Shown piece by piece: positions 10,971 to 22,090 of a stretch of 64,000 bases of DNA (position 1 is its first letter; every line of letters starts with the position of its first letter). The position numbers and the translations under genes are program-made. The stretch is taken from contig CM119265.1 of assembly GCA_051294375.1 (NCBI GenBank), positions 10,371,042-10,435,041 of the forward strand, in the 5' to 3' direction. This DNA comes from Paraspadella gotoi. Lineage: Eukaryota; Animalia; Chaetognatha. The notes beneath the pieces are model-generated. The model was not told the origin of the DNA and did no database searches. It saw nothing but the letters and a program-made list of their open reading frames with translations.

Positions 10971-13900
10971 TCATACCGACTTTCCGACGAAGGGCGAAAT
11001 TCTCGTCTGTATGATCCACTTGGCGCCGGGATTGACCCGCACCAGCGCCATCATGTTGGTGCCGGGATCGAGGCATCGCCAGCCGACGTTGCCGCCATAC
11101 TCGAAAAGGTGAAGGGCGGTGATGTCGTCCAATAAAAGCAGGGAGGAATGGAGCTTGGACATACCAGGTGGGAGCAAGGCCAGCGAGGTTTTGGCAGCGG
11201 TGGCGGCTACAGATCCTCCGGCCCCGCCGGCCAGCGCAGGCCCTCGACACGCGGGATTAAGCAGAGCGTCCAGGGATTCCGATGGGACCCGCCCGTCTCG
11301 AAATCCGTGGAGGCGGCTGAAGAGTTGGACCAAGTCGCCGGCGGTGGTGCGATCGTCGAGCTGAAACTGGGTGGAGGCTCGAGAGAGAGGACGCCCCGTG
11401 CGCACGAGGATCATGCCTTCGTTGACGGCACCGGTGGACGCCGATGATGTCAGAGAGTCTAGATCCTCGGCGTCGTCGAACGAGGACGCCGCCGTCGCCG
11501 GTGCCGATGGCGTCGTCGAGGCGTCGGTCGACGGATCGAAGGCGGCTCGGGTGGAGGCGGAGGAAACGTCGCCGCGATAAGACGCCGTCGCCGGAGAATA
11601 GCCGGAGGAGGCGTTGGAACGTTGAGCCGGCGAGGGAGGCGGGTGGCGGGGAGGGAGAGGCCCCGGCGACGGAGCTCCGCCACCTCCGCCGCCGCCGGGG
11701 ATTTGCAGCAGGCCCGAGGAGGAAATACTGGTTCCGGTTTGAGCCGAGGTGGCGTGGACGACGCCCTGACCAGCGAGCGACGCCTGGATGACGGTTCCGG
11801 CGCCAGAAGACGAGCTGCCCGAGGAGGAGGAGGCGTTGGTCTTGGTGCTGCCACCGCGCGACTTCTTTACCCCCAACCATCGCATGAGATGCAAGTTGTG
11901 GCAAGAATGTTTTCCGCCGTCGCTATCTCCGCGAGAAGATTTCTTTAAAGCCTCCATCTCGATCTGATGGCGAATCTGAGTCACCATGAAGGACGGCACC
12001 GTCCACAGAATGTCGTGGTATTTTATCAGCATCTTCACAACGTTCGTGGTTCCTGATAATTCAGTTTCAGACTTTCAGTAAACAGTAAACACCAATAGTA
12101 AATAGGGTAGTGCGGGGTAATTCGGAACAGGGGCAATTCGGAACACTGGCATATAAAATCAAATTAAAAAATTGTGTATAAATATTTTATATTTGTTTTT
12201 GTTCAAAAACTATATTGGATGGATGAATTTCACTGAGATATAGAAACATAAAACAAAGCTTATTGAAAGATGAACCGATTCAAATTTTTCTTGCACCAAT
12301 CGACAGCTCTTTAAAAGAGCTATACTTCTCATATTTATTTTCTCAAAATTTAAAGCTACCTAGTGTCTTCCTTTTTTTGCGCCGCAGTGTAATATTTCAC
12401 CCACTTGACTTTCCATTATTAAAGTTACAGCTGCAGCAGCAATTTCAAAGCTGCTTGTCAAATTTCGTCTTTGAGTAGTCGTTTTCAAGCCTCTTTCACC
12501 GTCATATTTGACTTAATATGACTATGGAATATTAATATCTGATAGACGAGACTACTAATTTTTAGTTATTGTATAAATTATTTCGAAAAATAATTCAATT
12601 ATTTTTTACACAGCTACAATTAAATTTGGGTAAAACGGAACAGTAAGTATTCAATGTTACCTCATATGCTTTTTAGAACGTGTTAGTGATAATTTACTCA
12701 GTAATAATAAGAGTTAGTAACATTAGTTATATAATTATGTGAAAAAAATTATTATCCTATGAGTAATACAGTAAAAAAAAATCTATTTTTAGCAATAAAA
12801 AAAGTTACTAAAGTTTGGAACGGAATTTAACGCCTAAATCTGGTTAAAAAATTAGTAAAAGAAAAAATTAAGATGAAATTAATATAAAATTAATATGAAT
12901 AAAAATGTGGATAAGGCGCAACATGGGCTGAATATGACTGTCCGTAACTTCTTTAACCCCCTGGGCTTGGAACCAGGTTTGAGGGTCCTCCACGCCACCA
13001 AGGCGGCTTACAGCCGTCCTCACGCTTCCCGTAGGGTAGGTCCCGGGTTGGAATTGAACCCTCTACCTATTGGTCATGAGCTGATGACTTTACTCAATGA
13101 GCCACCGGGTCACAACTGAAAGTGTCATGCTTATTAGCGGGGTGAACCTAGGTAATGCCCGATTACAAATATTTGGAAAAGGAAATGAAAAATAAGCTAA
13201 ATTTTAAAAGACAAATAAAAATGATAAATAAAAAGATTAAGAAAAAATAACATTGGAAATAAAAAAGTGGCAAAAACCAATATTATAAAAAAATTATACA
13301 TAAATTATTAAGTGTTCCTTTTATCCCACCCTGGGGTAAAACGGAACACTTTCAACTTACCTATCCCTCATCACTTACATTTTCTTTTTACATTTCATTC
13401 TTAAAAACATTTAGTTAAATTATTAATAATTAACACGTTTGTTCAATTTATATTTGTTATACATTATTAAAATGTAACTATTTTCTTTGCCTCTGTTCCC
13501 TCTCCCTCAATTTTTCATTTTAAGTTTCAACCAATTTTTCTTCTTCCCCGTCCTTACCTTCACCTGTCCTAACATCTGACCACTATCCTTTCTCAATTCT
13601 TTGTTGGAAACTCTCTCTTTTCATCTCTCTCTCTCCCCCTCAAAATCAATGTACGACTTTGATTATTTCCAAAAGTGTTCCGAATTACCCCGCACTACCC
13701 TATAAATCATTTCTTATCCTAAAGAGACAAACCTTTGGCCATGTTGACCTCATTCTCCTTGACCCTTAACTGTTTCCTTGACTTGGGTTGGAGGAAGAGA
13801 TTTGGCGCCATGATGGTTGCAACATTGGTGAGCGACATTTTGTTGAACTCTTGGTTGGCCACCACTTTGTTGAGAAACATGAGCAGTCGCTTCAGCGAAT

Positions 13901-16900
13901 CTCTGCCGGGATACATTTCGGGAGCAAGAGGGCGGAAAACGGTAAAGGGTACACATATGATCAAATGATTAAATGATTATTCAACCTGTGAACGTTTGGC
14001 AGCAGCAGAATGAGGAGATTCAACGCCTGCAATTGTTGCTTTCGGTCGGGAACGCGCTCCACGCTGGCAAAGGCCTCGACCCACTCGTTGGTGAGCAGAG
14101 GTTGTGGCAGCTCGCGAAGAAACTGTTTCGACAAGGCCGCCAAGTCCGTCGTCCGCACTTGGTCGAAGATCTTGGAGGGATGCTGAGGAGATGAGTAGAA
14201 GTGGGTCTCCAAATCGCTTCGGATCTGAAAGGCAATGTACATTACATCTATATACCCGATAAACGCAACGGGGAGACATACATGCGTGATGCCAGCATGA
14301 CCGTGAGGGGATTGAATCCAGAACTCACGGTTAGTGAACGATTACAGAAGGCTTCATATTATAAAATGAGGTACCCCTTTTTTGTGACCAGAACTCGTTC
14401 CGAGAAAACTACTGGACCAAATTTATTGAAATTTGGAATGAACGACCCCTATGTGAATTCTAATAAAACTATCGAGGTGAATTTCAATATTTGACCGCCG
14501 AGTCGAGATATGGGCCGAGATATGGGCCACCCACGGGGGCAAAAAATGTTCAAAATTTTTTTTCAAATTTTTTTATTATTTTTGTTTTGAACAGTTGCAC
14601 AGACGTTTACTCTTCCACAAAAACGTATTTATTACCTCAAAAATATTCATTTACCATAATTTTTAGATTTGGAATAATTTGAGAAAATTGGAAGTAAAAC
14701 GATGAACCATGCATCTTCAACCATGCTTAATTATTGCAAATTTTTAATTCCTTTATGGAATATTAATTCTATATCGGTCCGCCTCGCCACGAAATGCCCT
14801 TTTGTTCGCGCTAGTCGATAGATCGCGCGTTTATCAGAGTAAGAAAAACGAACAAAATAACATCGAAAGATGAAAAAAAGAAAATCCAGGGGAAGCCGTC
14901 ACGTGACCGGCCTCGACCATGGGAGCCGGCAAATCCCAAGCCGGCTCCCTCCCTCATCCGGGAATACGAAGCCTCAATCGTCCCTAGAAAAGCCCGGAGG
15001 GGCCTCCACGCGACGTCCTGCAGTAGAAACGGAAGAAGGTCTGCGCGCCAGACCAATTCCCGCGCGAAGGATGACGCGAAAGATGACGCGAGGATGACGC
15101 CGAGCTCCACTCCGCGGGCAAAGGCGTCCGAGACCGCCATAGCGCGCGTCGACCCGGGGACGCGGAAACGTCCGCCTCCAAGAAAGGCTCCTTGAGAAGG
15201 GGGCGAAACGCTGCGTCAGAGATGACGAAAGGCGGCGCGGGAGGCGCAGAAAAGAAAATCGTGTGGCGGCGCCAAATCCGAACGGAGAGAGCCAAAGGCG
15301 CAGCGCCTGAACCGGGCAGCGGTCCGAAAGTGGCAGCGAAACCAGACGAAACGCCGGACCCATGTGTCCGACCCTGTCCGTCTTCGAGAGCGTCGATGGA
15401 ACCAGACGAACGTGAACTGCCGCTAAGGAAAGATAGCCCGCGTCGCAACGAAGAGAGACGATCTCTGGAGGCGACGAGCTGACGCTAAAGCGACGAGAAG
15501 GAGCGAGCGTCGTAGAAGATCCCTCGGCGGATATGAAGTGGCGCCGAGTCGAGAATGCGTGAAACCGAGGCCGCATTCCACGTGGGAAAGTCCGACGTGA
15601 GGGAGGGCGTCTCTCGAAAACTCCCTTGAGAAGGCGCCGGACACAAAAGTGCTCTCTCCAACCGGGCTCCCGCCAGGGGGGGAGAGCAGCTGATAAGCCG
15701 ACCTGTGAAGGTTGATCGTGCTGTACGAGAGGCCCTTCTCGCACAGAAAACCGAGATATCGTAAAACATCCTCTAGAGAGGCTTGAGATCCTCGAACCTC
15801 CCTATCCTGAAGGAGGTCGCAGAAGAGCTCCAAGCTCTGGCGTAGCACTCTCTGGTAGAGCCTCTCCAGCTGTCGACGATGACGGAGAAGGTGGAGTCGT
15901 CGATGTCGGAGAGGTTTGTGCACCGCCATAAAACCTCCAGACGACGAGCCTGAAGCGATCCGCTTGCGGAGGCGGAAGTCCGGACACGAGTCGACGACGA
16001 GGTTTTCCGGCGCCGGAAGACGCCTCGCGTCCAAAACCGAAGGAAAAAAGAAGCTCTGGAACCACTTCTGAGTCGGCCAAAACGGGGTGATCAGGAGAAG
16101 GGAGCCCCTCGCCTTCTCTAGCTTGCGGATCACCATCATCAGCAGAGGAGGGGAGGAAGAGATAGGCCAGGTCGAAGACCCAGCGTTGCGCCAAGGCGTC
16201 TATCCCCTCCGCCTCCAGCGTCGCCTCCCAGGCGAAAAACGTGGAACTTGAGCCGACGGGGAGTCGCGAAAAAATCGATGCTGGGGAGACCGAAAATGTC
16301 GACCACTCTGGCGGAAAACTCTCGTAAGGAGTTTCCAGTCCGCCACCTTGCGGCCCATCGACGCCCGCGGCCGTGATAGAATCCTCCGAAGAGAGATTGA
16401 CTCCTGCTGTAGCCCCGACGAAGGCAGAGAGAGAGAACGAAGCTGACCGTCTTCCAAGGATGGACGCGCCGTGGAAGGAAGCTCCGAATCATTGGAGGAA
16501 GGTCCTCAAAACTGTGAACTCCTTCACAAAGAAAAAGGAGAGGGGCATCCGCAGTCGACCAGGTTCCCATCGACAGTTGGCCCTGATGGAGAAACCCCCA
16601 TCCCTGCGACGAAGCATCCGTCGTCACCTCCAGCGTGCAGACCTCCGGGAGGAGGTCGTCGAGCGGAGTGAAGCACTGGTCTGGAGAGATGGCTGCGATC
16701 CACCGCAGCTCCTCCATCGCCGGCGAGTGGAGAGGAACAACGCGGTCGAGATCCTTCTTCGACTTGTAGACACGAAAGATCTCGTTGAATCCTCGAAAAC
16801 CTGCAGCGTAGCAGCAGTACTGCCAAGGACGCCGCCGTCGAAAGGCGCAGAGCTGAAGGCACTGACGAGCACGTGGTGCGGTCGTTGGCAAAGATTCTCC

Positions 16901-19900
16901 GCGAGAGCGAAGAGTCGTAATTTTCGTCTCCGGGAGCGCGATGGAGTGGGAGAGGCTGTCCCAAACGAAATCGAGGAAATCGAAGCTCTGAGAGGGAGAC
17001 AGGCTCGACCTCTGAAGGTGGATGCGCCTTCCGAGTGGCTCGTGACAAACGTCCGCCGAGGAAACCAGGATCAAGATGCCGTCTACATGAAAAAAAGACA
17101 TCGAATCCTCAGTGGGCGGAGCCAAAGCACTAAGGGGCCTCGTCGTCTTGGTGCTGGTAGAGGCGGCCCTTCCAAAGCGGCAAAATCTCGGATGATCCTC
17201 GTGGATCGGGAGGAGAAGCATCTCGGAGGTCTACCGAGGACACCCAAACGCCTCGTCGAAACATCCTTTGTAAGTCCGGGCTCCTTCCCTCGGAAATAAG
17301 GCGGCGAAAGGAACGAGAGTTGAGCTCTTTTAATTCAAAATGGGCGCCAGCCTCCATCTTTCTTTCGTAACGAGGAAAAACATGGAAAAGAAAACCCGGA
17401 GAAACCGGGACTACCTCGATGGCGTCCTCCCCAAAGCCGCCACAATCTCCGTGTCGACCAAGGCGTCTCGGTCCCAAAGACGGTGTCGCGTCCGAGGGAA
17501 GATGGAAGCGTGCTGGAACTGCTTCGCCCCTCGAGGCGAAATCCCGAGAAGTTATCGAGAATGGGCGACGTCTCGCCAACGAGCGACGTCCTCGCCAACG
17601 AGCGACGTCAAAGGGGTTGTAGGAGACGAAGCCGACCTCCGACGGGGACTTCCGGAAGAAGCGCCGGCGTGGAAAGGTCCGTGTCGAGACTCGAGTCCAT
17701 GGGCGGATCCAGGCCTAAAACCTGGGCGGTCGGACGGAGGCGGCGACCGCGAGGGAGGCGTTTCGAGTCATTCCCGTCTCCCGACTTCTTGCGGGGAACA
17801 GACTTCTTGGTCCACTTGCGCTTGAAGGAAAGCTTCGAGCGGAAATGAGGGCGCTTGTCGGCAGCGGGTTTGCGGCGAGCGACGTTTCGTAGAAGCGTCG
17901 AATTGAGCGCCGATTCCACCTGCGCTTCCTGAATACCCAAAAAAAGGAAGATGCGGTGGGCGCGCCACAGCGAGTACTTGGCGGCGGATCTCGCCGACTG
18001 AAAGGTTGAGGGACGCCGCTTGAATAAGAGCCGGCGTCGCGAAGCGGGGGCGGCAAGGGCGTCGACGCCAGCGCTGACCTCATTTCTGGACGAGCCGGAA
18101 CGGAGAGCCTCTTTGATTCCGCGCAGCTCATCGACAACTAAGGATGGCATGCCGCGTAGCGCCGTTCTCCTGCATCGCACGTGAAAGGAGCGGAGAGTAG
18201 CCGCGTTATTCCCCTTTGGAAAACGCACGACTCGAATTGAGCGGAGAGGCACGTGTCCGGCGTCGGAGCGGTGAACTCCGGAGGAGAAGCGACGTCGATC
18301 CAGTGGCGTATACTGCCGATCGCTGGGCGTCCCAGCGAGTTCCAGTTGGCCGTGAGGAAGACCCCTTCCCCAACCGCAGCGAAGAAAACGCCACATGTAA
18401 CGAACCTGGAACCGGCGCTGACCTGCTCGTGGGCAGGAAGCCGTCGAAAACCGCCGACGTCGTCATCCGAAGACGAAACTTCTCCTTCCTCCGCCGAATC
18501 GGAGGAGTACTTGGCGTCCGGATCCAGCACTGTGTGGGATCGATGACGCTTGGTAGAGGCGAGACCGTGTGACGGTCCGAGGCGGGCGCCCGAACTGAGA
18601 GGGGCCGCCTACTGAGTCGGAACAGCATGGAAGGAATTCGAGACCGTCAAACGAGGCGAAGCGTAGTGGAGAGAAAAACCGCACGATATGGAATCGTCAC
18701 ATGTAAAAAAACGTAAGCGGTAAACAAATTAGCGCGAGAATTAAACAGAAAAACTCCCGAACCCCCCCTCCCTTCTCCCCAACCCCTTTCCCTAAGCCAC
18801 GCCAAAGCCACGAAAAAACATGGTAGGAGACAAAAAGGGGCGACGGTGGGATCGTGGCGAGGCGGACCGATATAGAATTAATATTCCATAAAGGAATTAA
18901 AAATTCTCATATCGGTCCGCCTCGCCACGAAATGCCCCATGCCAAGAGGCGGAGGAAAGCGGTTATTTCAACAAAATTATTTCGATCGAATCAGACAAAA
19001 TAAAAATCTAAAATTCCAAAAATCGAAAAATTCGAAGAAAGAAAGAAAAAAGGAGAAACAAAAGAGGGAGGCGAGGCGTTTGAAAAACGAGCTAAAACCC
19101 CCACTACGCCATCTGGCGGGAAAAACTCACCGCCCCAAAGCGTCGAAACGCCGCTGAGACTCGCGGCGAAATTCGTCGAATCCTTCCTAAAGCTGTTCAG
19201 TGACGAAACCATCGTCGTAAGGACAGACTCCAGTCCTCTGGTCACGTCATCCGGCAAGTGGGGGATGACCAGACCGGCGCCACTTGGTCCGAGAGCAGCG
19301 AGAGAGGGCCTCGGACAAAGCCCCACCGCTCGGCCGGGCAACGGAAATTGTCAGTTGGTACGGGCCGAGTCCCCAAAACCGACGGAATCGGGCTGCCGAA
19401 AACACGGTAAAAGGGAAGGCGGTGTCGGTGGGGCAGGTGGGGCGGGGGCAGGACCGCTCGGTTCTCTCTTGGACCTCTCAAGCCCAGGGGATCTCCAGTC
19501 CCTCTCTACGTTTAGAGACATGTCCGAACGTTTTCGGCTGTCGGACTCTTGTCCGAACGTTCGTCTCTACTTGACTTCTAATGAGCGGGTTTCGAACGTA
19601 GATATACGAGAAAATCGTGAAAAAGTCAAAGAAAAAACGCGAAATCAGAAAGGATACAACCGAACTAGATGAGCGCGAAAAAAGAATTGAGGCTTCGTAT
19701 TCCCGGATGAGAGAGGGAGCCGGCTTGGGATTTGCCGGGCTCCCATTGGTCGAGGCCGGTCACGTGACGGCTTCCCCTGGATTTTCTTTTTTTCATCTTT
19801 CGATGTTATTTTGTTCGTTTTTCTTACTCTGATAAACGCGCGATCTATCGACTAGCGCGAACAAAAGGGCATTTCGTGGCGAGGCGGACGGATATGAGAA

Positions 19901-22090
19901 TTTATCAATTTTAGTTTTAAAATGTTTTTACTTATGTTTAAAACGTCAATGCACCTGATGCTACTAAAAAATTTAAAATTTTTTTGGCCCCCCAGGGGTC
20001 CACCCCCAGGGCCCTGTATCTCTTGTTAGGGGTTGAATATCAAAATTCGCCTCGATAGTTCTATTTATTTAGTCATTAGCACTCTAAATGTAAAATTTCA
20101 TTAAATTCGATCAGGTAGTTTGGTGGGAACAGATTCTGGTCACAAAAAAGGGGTACCACATTTTATAATATGAAGCCTTCTGTACTTAACTGTCCAAGCC
20201 AATTGGACGAGCAGAGTTTCACCAAGCTATACAGGAAGCGAATTTAGAATTCACCGCAACGGTAGTTTTTGAGAGACAAAATAACTAACTTGTTTGATCC
20301 TAGCGGCAGCGCCGGGAATCCTGAGGATGCCTTCCTCCCTGAGTCCGGAAGCTTCGAGGTGGGATAAAATCCTGTCGAACACCAAAGGGACGCGAATCAT
20401 CGGCGACGAAAGGCGCTGGTCGTTCTCCAGCAACCACGACAGCGGAACGTGGAAAATACTGATCGGGGAAGGAGTTGAAATAAATCGAAGACATTTTAAT
20501 TTAAAACCATTTTTTTGAACAGCACCTTCATCAAAAGACACACCTGAAGGGGGCCTCGCCCGGTTTGGGCAATCCACGCGGCTTAAGCGGCTTCCGCTTG
20601 ACGAACTGAATGTCGAGGACGTCGAAGAGCGCCGTCAGTTCGATGAGCGCCAGCGAACGGATGCGCGACAAGTCGTGCACCGAGAGGTCGCCGATCTGTG
20701 TCACCCCTAACTCGTCGCGAACCAAGACAAAGTTGGGAAGATCGTCTTCGGACGACGCCGGCAACGCCGACGGCGGAGACGTTTGAGGCGACTGGCGGTG
20801 AGAAGAGGGTGCCGGGATGGCGGCAGCGGCGACGGTCCGCTGACTCGTTGACGCCGTCGACGCGACAGCGGTGGGAGGAGACACGCTCGGTGGGGAAACG
20901 TTCGTGGAGGCGTCGCTCATGATCGAAGGCTTCTTTGTCGACGGCGACGCATAACCAAATTCGAGTTTGGCGTCCGGCGTCTTTTCCGGCGAGTCTTGCT
21001 CGGCGACGTCGGCGATAGGGCCGACGTCTTCCACGCGGCAACAAACGTCAGACGCCGCCGCCAACGACGACGCAGGAGGCGAAATAGTTCTTGTCTCTCG
21101 ACTAAAGACTTCCGCCGCTGAGGGAGATGCTGCGCCTCCGATGGCGTGGACGCGACATCGCGGCGTCGTCCCTGTCGGTGTCAAACTGAGAGTCTGAATT
21201 CCGTCGACGCCGTTGCTGTGCGAGTAAGACGCCGACGACGCGGATTGCTGCGGAGTGCGCCCGTTTTGATTGACGGCATAATGGCCGGTTTTGTTTTGAA
21301 GAAAAGGCAGGCCACCGAGGGACTCCAGCGCGCCGCCGCGACGGAAACCAGCGCTGGACGGGCTGCCCGATGGCGATGGCGGATGGTGGCTTGACGAGAG
21401 CGTCGGGCCGGGAGGAAAAGACGACGAGGAGACGGATGCAGTGAGATGATGATGCTGATGATAGCCTGTGCCGTCTTCCGAGAACACGTGACGAACGTCG
21501 GGTCGGGCGGCGACATCACGAGCGCGCAGAGCGTCGCCCGGCGACAACTTGGAGTCGGAGAGTCGATCGAAGGGACCGCCGAGGTCATCGGTGGGAGAGG
21601 CGCTGACGGTGGATGTCGTCTGTTCGCGGCGTCGGCGAAGGGTCGTGTTAAGGCTGTTGATGCGGCGTTTGACGGCGGCGGCTTGTGTTCGGGTCAAGGA
21701 CGACGTCTCTTGATTGACTGGAGGAAAAGGCGGGGTGACGGATGTCACGGAATAAAATCACATCTAATCACATTAAATCCAAGTTTTTTTTTGTTTCTCG
21801 TTTTTTTCCTCACCCAGATCCTCCTTAACTTCTTTTCCGTTCTCGTACTCTTTGACAAGATGTTCGAACCCGGCCGCTTCCAGCCACTTCCTCTCCGGCT
21901 CACCCTCTCCCTCCTCCTCCTCCTTCTCCTCCCCCGCCTTCATCGTTTCTTCCTCCTTCTCCCCCCTGACTTGATCGTCCTCCGCCTCCCCCTCATCCGA
22001 ATGGTGCTTCTCCAGGGTCAACGTCAAACCAGAAATTCCGCACTTCCTCTTTTGATACGAGTTAAACTTTAGGGACGACGATGAAAAAAA
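10971..22090 (-). CDS. RhoGAP of the ARHGAP18/28/40 (conundrum) family
   Basis: Exons at about 22070-21814, 21717-20544, 20458-20290, 14224-13986, 13902-13733 and 12052-10971, with consistent phases. Motifs include WLEAAG, SLTRTQAAAVKRR, RSLALIELTALFD, GLREEGILRIPG (arginine finger), KQFLRELPQPLL and NKMSLTNVATIMAPNLF. The start is uncertain. Confidence 0.92.
12105..13700. mobile_element. Non-autonomous DNA transposon family B (TIR GGGTAGTGCGGGGTAATTCGGAACA, TA TSD; Tc1/pogo-like)
   Basis: TA|GGGTAGTGCGGGGTAATTCGGAACA ... TGTTCCGAATTACCCCGCACTACCC|TA, with internal repeats of the GGGGTAA..CGGAACA motif. It fills a RhoGAP intron. Confidence 0.92.
12906..13167 (-). mobile_element. 262-bp TG..CA-bounded insert containing a tRNA-derived (CAT anticodon) Pol III cassette at 13039-13111
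   Basis: Absent from the second family-B copy. The minus strand reads GACCCGG TGGCTCA.. CT CAT GA .. GGTTCAATTCC .. CCGGGAC, giving an A box, a B box and a 6/7-bp acceptor stem. Confidence 0.7.
14984..18630 (-). pseudogene. Disrupted DIRS gag / RT-RNaseH-MT / tyrosine recombinase coding region
   Basis: Motifs are spread over several frames. The RT catalytic YxDD appears as HVDG, with an apparent deletion upstream. Confidence 0.85.
18852..18937. repeat. DIRS internal complementary region (ICR)
   Basis: The first half is the reverse complement of 14741-14792 and the second half is the reverse complement of about 19867-19903. They join at ggaattAAAAAttctc. Confidence 0.93.

Larger units (their letters stand above)
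14741..19903 (-). mobile_element. DIRS1-like tyrosine-recombinase retrotransposon, termini intact, ORFs frameshifted
   Basis: ITRs at about 14771-14978 and 19686-19895, extension 14741-14770, ICR 18852-18937. Minus-strand remnants: PEVPVGGRL, KKDGGWRP and VDLRDA (RT); TTDASSQGWG (RNase H); PSIDFFAT and LLITPFWPTQKWF (methyltransferase-like); LSYSTINLHRSA, VRRLLKGVFERRP, LVALASARR and WSGAQTFFRFY (YR). Confidence 0.95.
14345..20182. mobile_element. MITE family A copy split by the DIRS insertion
   Basis: TA|CAGAAGGCTTCATATTATAAAATG at 14345 and CATTTTATAATATGAAGCCTTCTG|TA at 20182. The two halves rejoin to match the inverted copy at 41688-42646. Confidence 0.92.

Noticed and set aside
13039-13111. 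Functional tRNA-Met gene
   Set aside because: The D, anticodon and T stems are poorly paired, there is no T-run terminator, and it sits within an insertion. Treated as TE-derived.
13081-13130. CTGATGA...GAAA hammerhead-like string (a similar one at 31237-31275)
   Set aside because: Neither stem I nor stem II can be paired.
16373-17299. 308-aa plus-strand ORF (and many other plus-strand ORFs)
   Set aside because: These are antisense shadows of GC-rich minus-strand coding sequence, with no motifs or splice structure of their own.
22005-22070. Possible frameshift in the first RhoGAP coding exon (EEVRNFWFDVD frame vs TLEK frame)
   Set aside because: An alternative open frame with usable acceptors exists, so this cannot be distinguished from an assembly indel without reads.
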